In this document: positions 56,801 to 64,000 of the stretch, piece by piece
How positions within the stretch are numbered: the stretch's first letter is position 1
How the letters are laid out: each line of letters begins with the position of its first letter
DNA from: Phycisphaerae bacterium
GTDB lineage: Bacteria; Planctomycetota; Phycisphaerae; JAJVII01
Direction: 5' to 3'
Length of the DNA: 64,000 nt
Assembly: GCA_022072085.1 (NCBI GenBank)
Contig: JAJVII010000014.1
Location: 67,182-131,181, forward strand
Notes under the pieces: generated by a model
Seen by the model: the letters and a program-made list of their open reading frames with translations, nothing else
Told to the model about the DNA's origin: nothing
Databases searched by the model: none
Translations under genes and position numbers: made by a program

Positions 56801-57195
56801 GCGCCGACGGCGTCGCCGACGGTCAGATACGCGTTCGCCTCGCGGTAGGCGGCGTCGAACTGAGCCGCGACGATCCCCGCCTGCCCGCGGGCGGCCAGAA
56901 ACCGCTCGACATGCGGCAACAGGGCGTTGAGATACATTGCGAGCATGGGGCAGGGGTAGCTGTAGGCCGGCGCCCAGGCTTTGTCGATCGCTGCCGCCTG
57001 CTCCGCCGTCAACGGGGCGTAGACCAGCTTGACGGCCTGGTGGGCGGTGCTGACGGCCTCGCGATACCGCGCCGGGTCGAGGGACGTGACGTCGGGCCAG
57101 GCCCGCCCGGTCGCCGGTTCGTCGGCGGCCCGGCCCTGCGCGCAGGCCGACAGAAGAATTGCCACAGCGATGCAGCCGAAGACGCCTCGCTTCAT
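53806..57195 (-). CDS. Large hypothetical lipoprotein (1129 aa), function unknown
   Basis: ATG at 57195 gives lipoprotein signal MKRGVFGCIAVAILLSACAQG. Largely alpha-helical/coiled-coil sequence with no recognised catalytic motif. 22 bp upstream of the ankyrin lipoprotein on the same strand (probable operon). Confidence 0.75.
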   Translation of the reverse strand: MKRGVFGCIAVAILLSACAQGRAADEPATGRAWPDVTSLDPARYREAVSTAHQAVKLVYAPLTAEQAAAIDKAWAPAYSYPCPMLAMYLNALLPHVERFLAARGQAGIVAAQFDAAYREANAYLTVGDAVGADEAMAVAWARQRQLTWLQGRMADAAEKIRAMGDPPDAGQCRAKRRREFEESVRPFAPGGDTGPAWVLTGRELKWIRKPEVGRFLADEKGRWADTWSWNFKKDGTSFVSELLLQFRDDYRSSYTDPNTHQEVVSGGIRNGFVRSNLRVVWAQPPTVFPYVEDPRVSKSTFMLIPFIVEDIDQRDKRGFAGSDDKKRDPFTGGRVFEHSFAAVLYAPDGKPVGGYGGYGNMAIERNVYLDRTARLAGAMQIQFRYDPGWWRIPYERAHGKYPPEWNKRTPGEGWKLKATWTVRQRMNGEAPLPGRKAGEVDAAENPMEIQLGWEFTFDPNGGTVAPMDLSDEPDRYRQEAAQSGPPPDPAKAAELAQARAEMIEFHEANIKIAETNAAKWRAELAAAKDPDTREQLVHTLMHAEHTRLAEMDRIRELQTGEVVHTRTPVDEWYAARFVQQVRDRMDPDTRIARYAEGTQRVIRLAPPEQREQLAAFVARQTADAKTWGDADRMQKIAHAVFEQVAGHWEGVSARETEKALIAEQNLRYAQVAKTWAEAEMFAVSLGTSGWVMPAFEGCLGYAGAEGGVGNRLYEGTKNGLMWTNAAGMAAAEAMEGYTKGGWLSGQKGWAGALERGVTTFLAVKGLEYGIGRLFGGHPPPDAKPDVAKAFEQARYRIAMEDSKVLVEDYRRAYKEYQRAMEFGASGPEIQAMEQALRDKATLLHSSYEGKLVLKSASHDPKFAELIADYNQRMAQVHERVQAQFRRVMSDRGYAGADQWVMQEFRNASSAGTVGMDYDIGLMRRCLDPTSPQSRALTEIPFTRGSLRVNAAQLQADAQAAWEAAYHAVTGRSAKRSFETLTTSAHPEIYTDLAWLGTPEMRGVNIGQLQAGKAAQAGDVTAYKAAEMMHDANLLPVSRVVEAARGMSKDINTKLLPLIDEVARQSGQAGARFKAYSYQWKQIAMALERAPANPALANEQIRLLTGGKEIPELALDLRDMIANYGKKLGK

Positions 57196-57321
57196 GGTGG
57201 CCCTCCCCGGATGTCTGTTGTGCGAGTCTTGGCAAAGAAAGGCGCCCGGCCGACCGGTCCGGCGGGGGACAACCTGATTATCCATCCGGGCTGGCCGCCG
57301 TCAAGCGCCGCTGCGCGGGCG

Positions 57322-57350
57322 TTGGCGGATGACGCGGGAAAGTGTAGAAT
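57322..57350 (+). promoter_or_regulatory. Sigma-70-like promoter candidate upstream of top6B (TTGGCG-N17-TAGAAT)
   Basis: -35-like TTGGCG (57322-57327), 17-nt spacer, -10-like TAGAAT (57345-57350) with TG two nt upstream. About 65 nt upstream of the top6B ATG. Confidence 0.4.
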
Positions 57351-57416
57351 AGCACGCAGCGGACGGGCAGGGACGCTCGCCGCAATCTCCGGGTTCCGTT
57401 TAGGCCGCCCATCCCC

Positions 57417-59525
57417 ATGAGCAAGAAAGCCAGTCCCGCCCGCAAGGGCAAGTCCAAGTCAAAGTCGCCGCGCAAGGCTCTGCAAGCCGAGTCGGCCCCG
57501 CCGCCCAAGCCGCCCGCGCCGCCGCGCGCCCGCAAGTCGGCTGCCCCCGAGACAGCCGAGTCGATGGCTGTCCAACAGAAGGAGATCGCGGTCAGCGAGT
57601 TCTTCGCCAAGAACCGCCACCTGCTCGGGTTCGACAACCCGCGCAAGGCCCTGCTGACCTGCGTGAAGGAGGCCGTCGACAACTCGCTGGACGCCTGCGA
57701 GGAGGGCGGCATCCTGCCGGAAATCTGGGTCATCATCGAGCCGGCCAACGGCAACGGGTCGGCCGCCGGCGGCGAGGCGAAGAAGACCGCCGACGCCCCG
57801 CTGACCGGCCTGGCGTCGGGCAAGGGCGGGGCGAAGGAGGAGACCCAGCCCTCGCTGCTGGAGACCGTGCATCCCGAGATCGCCCAGTCGGTCTCGACCT
57901 CGCTGGCGAACGTCACGCGCTTCCGCGTCACTGTCCGCGACAACGGGCCGGGCATCGTCAAGGCGCAGATCCCCAACATCTTCGGCCGACTGCTCTACGG
58001 TTCCAAGTTCCACCGGCTGCGGATGAGCCGCGGGCAGCAGGGCATCGGCATCTCGGCGGCCGGCATGTACGGCCTGCTCACAACCGGCCAGTCTGTCGAG
58101 ATCATCTCGCGCACGGGCCGCAAGAAGCCGGCCCACCGCTTCGAGCTTCAGATGGACACGCGGAAGAACCGCGCCGAGATCATCAAGGACCAGGAGTTGG
58201 CGAACTGGCCGAGGTTTACCGTCAGTGATGCCGACGCCGCGCCGGCTGAGCCCGAGGAAGTCGAACACGGCACCGAGGTGCGGATCGTGCTGGAGGCCCG
58301 GTTCCAGCGCGGCCGTGCGTCCGTGGACGAATACATGGAGCAGACCGCGATCGCCAACCCGCACGCGGAGATTCACTACATCGCCCCCGATGGCGCCCGG
58401 CGGGATTTCCCGCGCGAGGTGAACGAGGTCCCCGCCAGCCCGGCGGCGATCAAGCCGCACCCCTACGGCGTCGAACTGGGCGTTCTGATCCGCATGCTCA
58501 AGGAAACGAAGCACAAGCACCTGGGCGGGTTCCTCCAGAAGGAGTTCTCGCGCGTCTCGCTCAAGGTCGCCCAGGAAATCTGCGCCAAGGCCGGCCTGAC
58601 CACGCTGACCTGGTGCTCGCAGGTCGTCCGCGACCAGGCCGACCGGCTGCACGCGGCCATCCAAGGGACGAAGATCATGGCCCCGCCGACCAACTGCCTG
58701 GTGCCGATCGGACCGCAGCAGATCCTCAAGGGGCTGCTCAAAGAGATCAAGGCCGAGTTCTGCTGCGCCGCGACGCGCGACCCGGCCGTCTATCGCGGCA
58801 ACCCGTTCCAGATCGAGGTCGGCCTGGCCTACGGCGGGCAACTCCCCGCCGACGACAGCGCCCGCGTGATCCGCTTCGCCAACCGCGTGCCGCTCCTCTA
58901 TCAGCCATCGGCCTGCGCGATCACCAAGAGCGTCGTGGACGTAGGCTGGCGGAACTACGCCCTCAGCCAGCCGCGCAACAGCGGGCCCGAGGGGCCGCTG
59001 GTCATCTTCGTTCACATGGCCAGCGTCTGGGTTCCGTTCACCAGCGAGTCCAAGGAGGCCGTCGCCGGATACGACGAGATCGCCAGGGAGATCAAGCTGG
59101 CGCTCCAGGAGTGCGGCCGCAAGCTCAGCCTCTACATACGCCGACGCCAGCACGCCGCCCGCGAGGGCCAGCGGCGGCACGTTTTCGAGCGGTACATCGG
59201 CGAGGTCGTCAACGCCTGCGGCAAGATGATCCGTGTCAACCGCAAGCAGCTCTACGCCGAACTCCAGGCCGTCGCCAAACGCCGCACCGCCAAGGCCGAC
59301 GAGCGGTTCGACGAGAACGGCAACCCGATCCGCCCCGGCCGCGACGAGTTGGCTGCCGATGCGAACGTCGTGGTAATCGAGTCCAACGCTCCCGAGGCCG
59401 ACGCCGATGCCGTCGTGCCGGCAGCCGTCCCCGACGCCGACAAGCCCAAGGCCGGCCGAAAGGGCGCAGCCGCGAAGAAGTCCCGCGCCGCCCGGGGCCT
59501 GTTCGACGAGAACGAGGGCCAATGA
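57417..59525 (+). CDS. top6B: DNA topoisomerase VI subunit B (GHKL/Bergerat ATPase) with Lys-rich SPKK-like N- and C-terminal tails
   Basis: Bergerat-fold N-box FFAKNRHLLGFDNPRKALLTCVKEAVDNSLDACEE, G-rich lid VRDNGPGIV...GQQGIGISAAGMYG, transducer region. N-tail MSKKASPARKGKSKSKSPRKA...; C-tail ...DKPKAGRKGAAAKKSRAARG. Upstream TTGGCG-N17-TAGAAT. Confidence 0.85.
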   Translation: MSKKASPARKGKSKSKSPRKALQAESAPPPKPPAPPRARKSAAPETAESMAVQQKEIAVSEFFAKNRHLLGFDNPRKALLTCVKEAVDNSLDACEEGGILPEIWVIIEPANGNGSAAGGEAKKTADAPLTGLASGKGGAKEETQPSLLETVHPEIAQSVSTSLANVTRFRVTVRDNGPGIVKAQIPNIFGRLLYGSKFHRLRMSRGQQGIGISAAGMYGLLTTGQSVEIISRTGRKKPAHRFELQMDTRKNRAEIIKDQELANWPRFTVSDADAAPAEPEEVEHGTEVRIVLEARFQRGRASVDEYMEQTAIANPHAEIHYIAPDGARRDFPREVNEVPASPAAIKPHPYGVELGVLIRMLKETKHKHLGGFLQKEFSRVSLKVAQEICAKAGLTTLTWCSQVVRDQADRLHAAIQGTKIMAPPTNCLVPIGPQQILKGLLKEIKAEFCCAATRDPAVYRGNPFQIEVGLAYGGQLPADDSARVIRFANRVPLLYQPSACAITKSVVDVGWRNYALSQPRNSGPEGPLVIFVHMASVWVPFTSESKEAVAGYDEIAREIKLALQECGRKLSLYIRRRQHAAREGQRRHVFERYIGEVVNACGKMIRVNRKQLYAELQAVAKRRTAKADERFDENGNPIRPGRDELAADANVVVIESNAPEADADAVVPAAVPDADKPKAGRKGAAAKKSRAARGLFDENEGQ

Positions 59526-59662
59526 GCCCCCGTTTTTCGAGCCTATCCAGCGGCTTCCGCCGCCGGCTCGCGGAGACCGGGGGACGCCGCCCGGTGAAGC
59601 GGTCGGCAAACCGGCGCCCACGCAACGGGCGATCGAACGTTGTTTAGCGAAGGAATCGTTTC

Positions 59663-60772
59663 ATGGCCAAGCAGACTCGCAAGCGACACGCCGCGACGGG
59701 CAAGAAACTCCAGGGGCTGGCCCAATCCGTCGTCAAGGCCGCCCACGCCAAGCGCGACCCGGGCATCGTCATCCCCACGCGGGCCCTGTCCAACTCGGTC
59801 TACGACGCCAAGCGCAAGATCATCACGATGGGCAAGGGCAGCCAGACGCGGACCTTCTTCAACTTGGGCATGGCCCGCAAGTTCATGCAGACGATGCTCA
59901 TCGCCTCCGGCTGCAAGGAACTCAACGACCAGGGCAAGACAACCAGTATCCGCGACCTGTTCTACCACTGCAAGCACACCATCGAGGGCACGCGCGAGAA
60001 CACATTCGACGAGCAGTCCGAGAGCGACCCGATCATCGAGGACCTCGAAGTCGCCATCGGCAGCCTGCGCGAGGAACTGGGCCTGTTCGCCGAGAACAAG
60101 GGCTCGATGGTCGGGCCGATGACCATCGTCGACGCCGGCGACACGATCGACCTTCGGCGGATGGGCAGCGGCGGCTGGTCCGTGCCGTCGATCGTTGAAT
60201 CCGACGTCATCCAGTTCCGCAAGCACGAAGCCCGGTACGTCCTGCTGATCGAGAAGGCCGCCATCTGGAAACGGTTCAACGAGGACCGCTTCTGGGACAA
60301 GCACAAGTGCGTCATCCTGCACGGCGGAGGCCAGCCGCCGCGCGGCGTCCGCCGCCTGCTCTTCCGCCTGCACAACGAACTCAAGCTGCCGGTCTACGTC
60401 CTGACCGACAACGACCCCTGGGGCTACTACATCTACAGCGTCGTCAAGCAGGGCTCGATCAACCTGGCGTTCGAGAGCGAGCGGATGGCCGTCCCGCGGG
60501 CACGGTTCGTCGGCATGAGCAGCTTCGACGTCGGGCGATTCGACATCGACTCCAGCGTGACGATCGCCCTGAAGGACGAGGACCGCAACCGGGCCCGCGA
60601 GATATTGAAATACCCCTGGTTCGCCGACAAGCGGGAGTGGAAGCGCGAGATCGAACAGATGCTCAAGACCGGCGTGAAGCTGGAACTGGAAGCCCTCTCC
60701 AGCAAGGACTTCTCCTTCATCACCCAGACCTACCTGCCGCGCAAGCTCAAGGACAAGCAGTGGCTGGACTGA
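59663..60772 (+). CDS. top6A: DNA topoisomerase VI subunit A (Spo11/Top6A-like: winged-helix + Toprim)
   Basis: Candidate catalytic Tyr in IRDLFYHCKH. Toprim acidic residues (VLLIEKAAIW; YVLTDNDPWGYYIY, the DxD motif). 369 aa. 138 bp downstream of top6B on the same strand. Confidence 0.85.
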   Translation: MAKQTRKRHAATGKKLQGLAQSVVKAAHAKRDPGIVIPTRALSNSVYDAKRKIITMGKGSQTRTFFNLGMARKFMQTMLIASGCKELNDQGKTTSIRDLFYHCKHTIEGTRENTFDEQSESDPIIEDLEVAIGSLREELGLFAENKGSMVGPMTIVDAGDTIDLRRMGSGGWSVPSIVESDVIQFRKHEARYVLLIEKAAIWKRFNEDRFWDKHKCVILHGGGQPPRGVRRLLFRLHNELKLPVYVLTDNDPWGYYIYSVVKQGSINLAFESERMAVPRARFVGMSSFDVGRFDIDSSVTIALKDEDRNRAREILKYPWFADKREWKREIEQMLKTGVKLELEALSSKDFSFITQTYLPRKLKDKQWLD

Positions 60773-60878
60773 CCGGCCGCCGCCTCCGCCGGCCTCGCTG
60801 CTCATTGACGGCGGGGCGGACGCGGATTATCATTCATCCCCCAGACCGGTCGTTGTCGGACTCCTGGCGCTGCCCAAC

Positions 60879-61997
60879 ATGACCTTACTGCGTCGCAGTC
60901 TGATCGGCGCTATCGCACTGACCGGGCTGGTCGTTCTTGCCCCGCCAGCCCGGCCTGCGTCGGGTGATCCCGTTCCCGCAACCGCCCCCGACGTTGCCCC
61001 GCCGCTGCCGGCTCCGATGCCGTCGGCCACCACCCAGCCGGCCAGCACCGCGGACCTCGAAGCCGAGATTCAGTCGATCCTCGTCCGCGTCAGCCTGCTG
61101 GAAAACGACAAGTCGCTCCAGCCGCGCACCCGCAAGGTCCTCACCGACCGCTACCAGCAGGCCGTCGAGCAACTCCGCCACGCGGTGGACATGACCCTTC
61201 AGGCCGGCGGCTATCGCCGCGTCGCCATCTCCGCCCCGCGGCTGCTCAAGGCATTGCAGGCCGAGCTGGCCTGCCCGACGCCGCGGCCGGATGCGGTCGC
61301 AGCCGAAGGGCTGACCTCCACGCAGTTGTCGGCGCGGTGGGATCTGGCCAAGGCCGACCTGACCACCCGCCAGAAGCAGATCGAGGAACTGGACACGGAG
61401 ATGAAGGACCGCGAGACGCGGCGGGTTGCCATCCCTCCGCAGATCGCCGACCTCACCCAGCGGCTCCAGGACGTCCGCCGCGAGTTGACCAGTCTGCCCA
61501 GCGACAGCCAGTCAGTCTACATCCCGCCGCGACAGTCGCTGCTGTCGGCCCAGGTGCGGGCCCTGTCGGCCGAGATCAACGCGTTGCAGCGCGAGCTGGC
61601 CAGCTACGAGGCGACCGACGAACTGCTGGCCGCCCGGCGCGACCTTGCCGTCCGACAGGTCGCCAACGCCGAGCGCGAGGAGGCCCTCTGGGCCGCCCAG
61701 GTCCGCGCCCAGGACGCCCGCGAAGCCGAGGATTTCAGCCGCCGGATGCAGGCCCAGTTCAAGGAGTTGGCCGCCGCCTACCCGGCCGTCCGCGAACTGG
61801 CCGAGCACAACGCCGAACTCGCCGCCCGCCGCATCGGGCCCGATGGTCTGCTGGCCAGCCTGGCCGACGCCGGGCACGAGTTGGCCGGCCTCCAGAAGAA
61901 GCTCACTCGCCTCCAGGAGGACTTCGAGCGCGTGCGGGCCGACATCACCGCCGGCGGCCTGCACGACGCGATGGGCCAGATGCTGCTGGCGCAGTAG
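60879..61997 (+). CDS. MscK/KefA-like mechanosensitive channel, N-terminal periplasmic coiled-coil portion ending at an in-frame TAG
   Basis: Signal peptide MTLLRRSLIGAIALTGLVVLAPPA followed by long coiled-coil heptads. TAG at 61995-61997. The same frame continues open directly downstream into the TM and MscS domains. Confidence 0.7.
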   Translation: MTLLRRSLIGAIALTGLVVLAPPARPASGDPVPATAPDVAPPLPAPMPSATTQPASTADLEAEIQSILVRVSLLENDKSLQPRTRKVLTDRYQQAVEQLRHAVDMTLQAGGYRRVAISAPRLLKALQAELACPTPRPDAVAAEGLTSTQLSARWDLAKADLTTRQKQIEELDTEMKDRETRRVAIPPQIADLTQRLQDVRRELTSLPSDSQSVYIPPRQSLLSAQVRALSAEINALQRELASYEATDELLAARRDLAVRQVANAEREEALWAAQVRAQDAREAEDFSRRMQAQFKELAAAYPAVRELAEHNAELAARRIGPDGLLASLADAGHELAGLQKKLTRLQEDFERVRADITAGGLHDAMGQMLLAQ

Positions 61998-64000
61998 GCG
62001 GCCATCGACGAACTCCGCGACGGACTGGGCGACCCGGTCGCGCTTCAGTCCCGGGCCGCCGCCGCGCAGGGCCGGTTGCTGGACTACCGCCGCGACCTGG
62101 ACACCCTGGCCAACCCCTTCGACCGCGCCGGCGAGATGATCGAATCGCTTTCGCCCGCCCCCGATGACGCCGACCGCCCGCGCATCCGCTCGCAGATCGA
62201 GTCGCTGTTGATCGCCCGCCGCGAGGTCCTCCGCCACCTCGTCGACGAGACCCGGCGATACCTGGCCGCCACGACCGCGCTGATTGCGACCGGCCGCGAT
62301 CTGGCCGCCGCCATCGACCGCTTCAGCGTCTTCATCGACCAGCGCATCCTGTGGGTCCGCAACATGCCGCCGCTTCGCCGCGGCGAGCTGCTGTGGGCGG
62401 CGCGCGGCGCAGCCGAGCTGGTTCGAGCCGATGGCTGGCGGCGGTTGCCGGGCCAACTGGCCTACGACGCCGTCGAGAGCCCGCTGATCTGGCTGCCTCT
62501 GCTGCTGCTGGCCGCCGCCATGATCGCCACGCGCGGCCGCGCCCGGCGCGGCATCCGCAGTCTTGGCCGACCCGGCCCGCGCGACGCCGCCGGACTGACG
62601 ACGATGGCCGCGGCGCCTCGCGTGCTGGCCCTCACGCTCTGGCGAGATCTGCCCGGGCCGCTGTTGCTGGCGCTGGCCGGCTGGCGGCTGGGCGAGATCG
62701 CCGCCGGCCGCGGACCGGCCGCCTCGCTTGGCGCCGCCCTGTGGACCTGCGCTTGGGTCCTGCTCGGCCTGCTGTTCCTGCACGACCTCTGTGTGCCGGG
62801 CGGGCTGGGCCGGCGACATTTCCGGTGGAACCGCCGTCGCCTGGCCTCGATCCGCGCCGGCAGCGTCTGGTTGATGGCCGTCGGCCTGCCGCTGCTGGCG
62901 CTGGTGCTGGTCATGCGGTTCTCCGGTTTCGCAGGACGGCAGGTTGCCATGCCGCAGGCGTCGCTGGCCCGTCTGGCCTTCATCGTCGGCGCCCTGTTCC
63001 TGGCCGTCATGCTCCACCGCCTCTTCCGGGCCGACGAGCGCGGCGGACTGCTTTCCCGCTCGCGGGCCGGTCGGCTGCGGTTGCTCTGGCATGTGCTGGC
63101 CGTCGCCGCCCCTCCGGCCCTGGCGCTGCTGTCGGCCTGCGGATACCTCCACACCAGCCTGAAGTTGGCCGGCCTGCTGCTGGCCTCGCTCGGCCTGCTG
63201 CTGGGCGTCGCGGTGGCCCAGGGCATCCTGACGCACTGGTTGACGTTGATGCGGGCCCGGCTGTCGGCCGACCGTTCGCTCCAGCCGGTCACGCCGATCG
63301 CTCCCGCCACCGTCGTCGCCCTGGAGGAGGCGGACCGCGAAGCCCTCCGCGTCCTGGGCGACCAGGGCAGCCACCTCATCCGCGCGGTGCTGGTCGTCAT
63401 CTTCCTGGTGGGCCTGTGGCTGATCTGGCGCTCCGCCCTGCCGGCGCTGTCGATGCTCAACCGCTTCACGCTCTGGACCGTCAGCGGGCCCGACGGGGCG
63501 GTCCCGGTCACGCTGGCCAAGGGTCTGCTCTCGCTGCTGACGGTGGCGGCCATGGTCGTCGCCATCCGCAACGTCCCAGGCCTGCTGGAGATCGTCCTGC
63601 TCCGCCCGGTCGGCCTGGGTCCGGACATCCGCTTCGCCGTCCGCGCCCTCTGCCGCTACCTGCTGGCCATCGTCGCCCTGATCATCGCCTTTTCGCTGCT
63701 GGGCATCGGCTGGTCCAAGGTGCAGTGGCTGGTCGCGGCGATCACGGTCGGCCTGGGCTTCGGCCTCCAGGAGATATTCGCCAACTTTGTCTCGGGCATC
63801 ATCGTGCTGTTCGAGCGCCCGATGCGCGTCGGCGACGTGATCACCGTCGGCGACACGACCGGCCGCGTCACCCGCATCCAGATGCGCTCGACCACCATCA
63901 CCGACTGGGACTGCAAGGAGCTGATCGTCCCCAACAAGGAGTTCATCACCGGGCGGCTGGTGAACTGGACGCTCTCGGACCGTACGCTGCGGATTACGAT
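61998..64000 (+). CDS. MscS-family channel portion (TM region plus MscS beta-domain), same frame as the upstream fragment; 3' end outside window; start undefined
   Basis: Same reading frame as 60879-61997 with no stop to the window end. Multiple TM helices, then MscS signature ...ITVGLGFGLQEIFANFVSGIIVLFERPMRVGDVITVGDTTGRVTRIQMRSTTITDWD. First in-frame ATG after the TAG is at 62136. Confidence 0.7.

Noticed and set aside
50769-59621. ORFs 50769-52121 (plus), 53707-56166 (plus), 53768-57235 (minus, alternate frame) and 57459-59621 (minus)
   Set aside because: Overlap the NHL paralog, the large lipoprotein and top6B. No motifs; biased composition.
61512-63628. Minus-strand ORFs 61512-63374 and 62462-63628
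   Set aside because: Antisense to the MscK-like channel gene, whose TM and MscS domains are clear.
1-64000. CRISPR arrays, rRNA, tRNA, integrase or transposase genes
   Set aside because: No regular direct-repeat/spacer arrays were seen. Intergenic regions are short and contain no cloverleaf-like or rRNA-like sequence that I could recognise. No recombinase-like ORF. The only mobile-element signature is the non-autonomous MITE-like element.

Overview
High-GC (about 68-70% by eye) bacterial chromosomal segment. The gene content (PEP-CTERM protein, many secreted glycoside hydrolases and NHL beta-propellers, lipoproteins, GntR/sugar-binding hybrid regulator) is most consistent with a Planctomycetota/Verrucomicrobiota-like organism; this is inference only. 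Gene order: distal half of the NADH dehydrogenase operon (nuoI partial, nuoJ, nuoK, nuoL, nuoM, nuoN); a 278-bp MITE-like palindromic element; two tandem paralogous giant secreted proteins, the first carrying secretin-N-like repeats; a carbohydrate-active cluster on the minus strand (NHL propeller, PEP-CTERM protein, regulator, GH78-like rhamnosidase); a lipid/polyketide locus (outer-membrane beta-barrel, 2844-aa single-module reducing type I PKS, MMPL exporter); rsmJ; hydrolase, OmpA-like and MFS genes; GH2 and further secreted enzymes; a topoisomerase VI B/A pair; and an MscK-like channel gene interrupted by an in-frame TAG. No rRNA, tRNA or CRISPR array was recognised. Most long ORFs in the six-frame track that overlap these genes in other frames or antisense are high-GC artefacts. 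The most unusual items are the MITE-like element, the topo VI pair with lysine-rich SPKK-like tails, the giant secretin-N-like paralog pair, the PKS-MMPL locus, the interrupted channel gene and the structured inverted repeats inside the nuo operon. All family assignments are from motif recognition by eye, without database searches.
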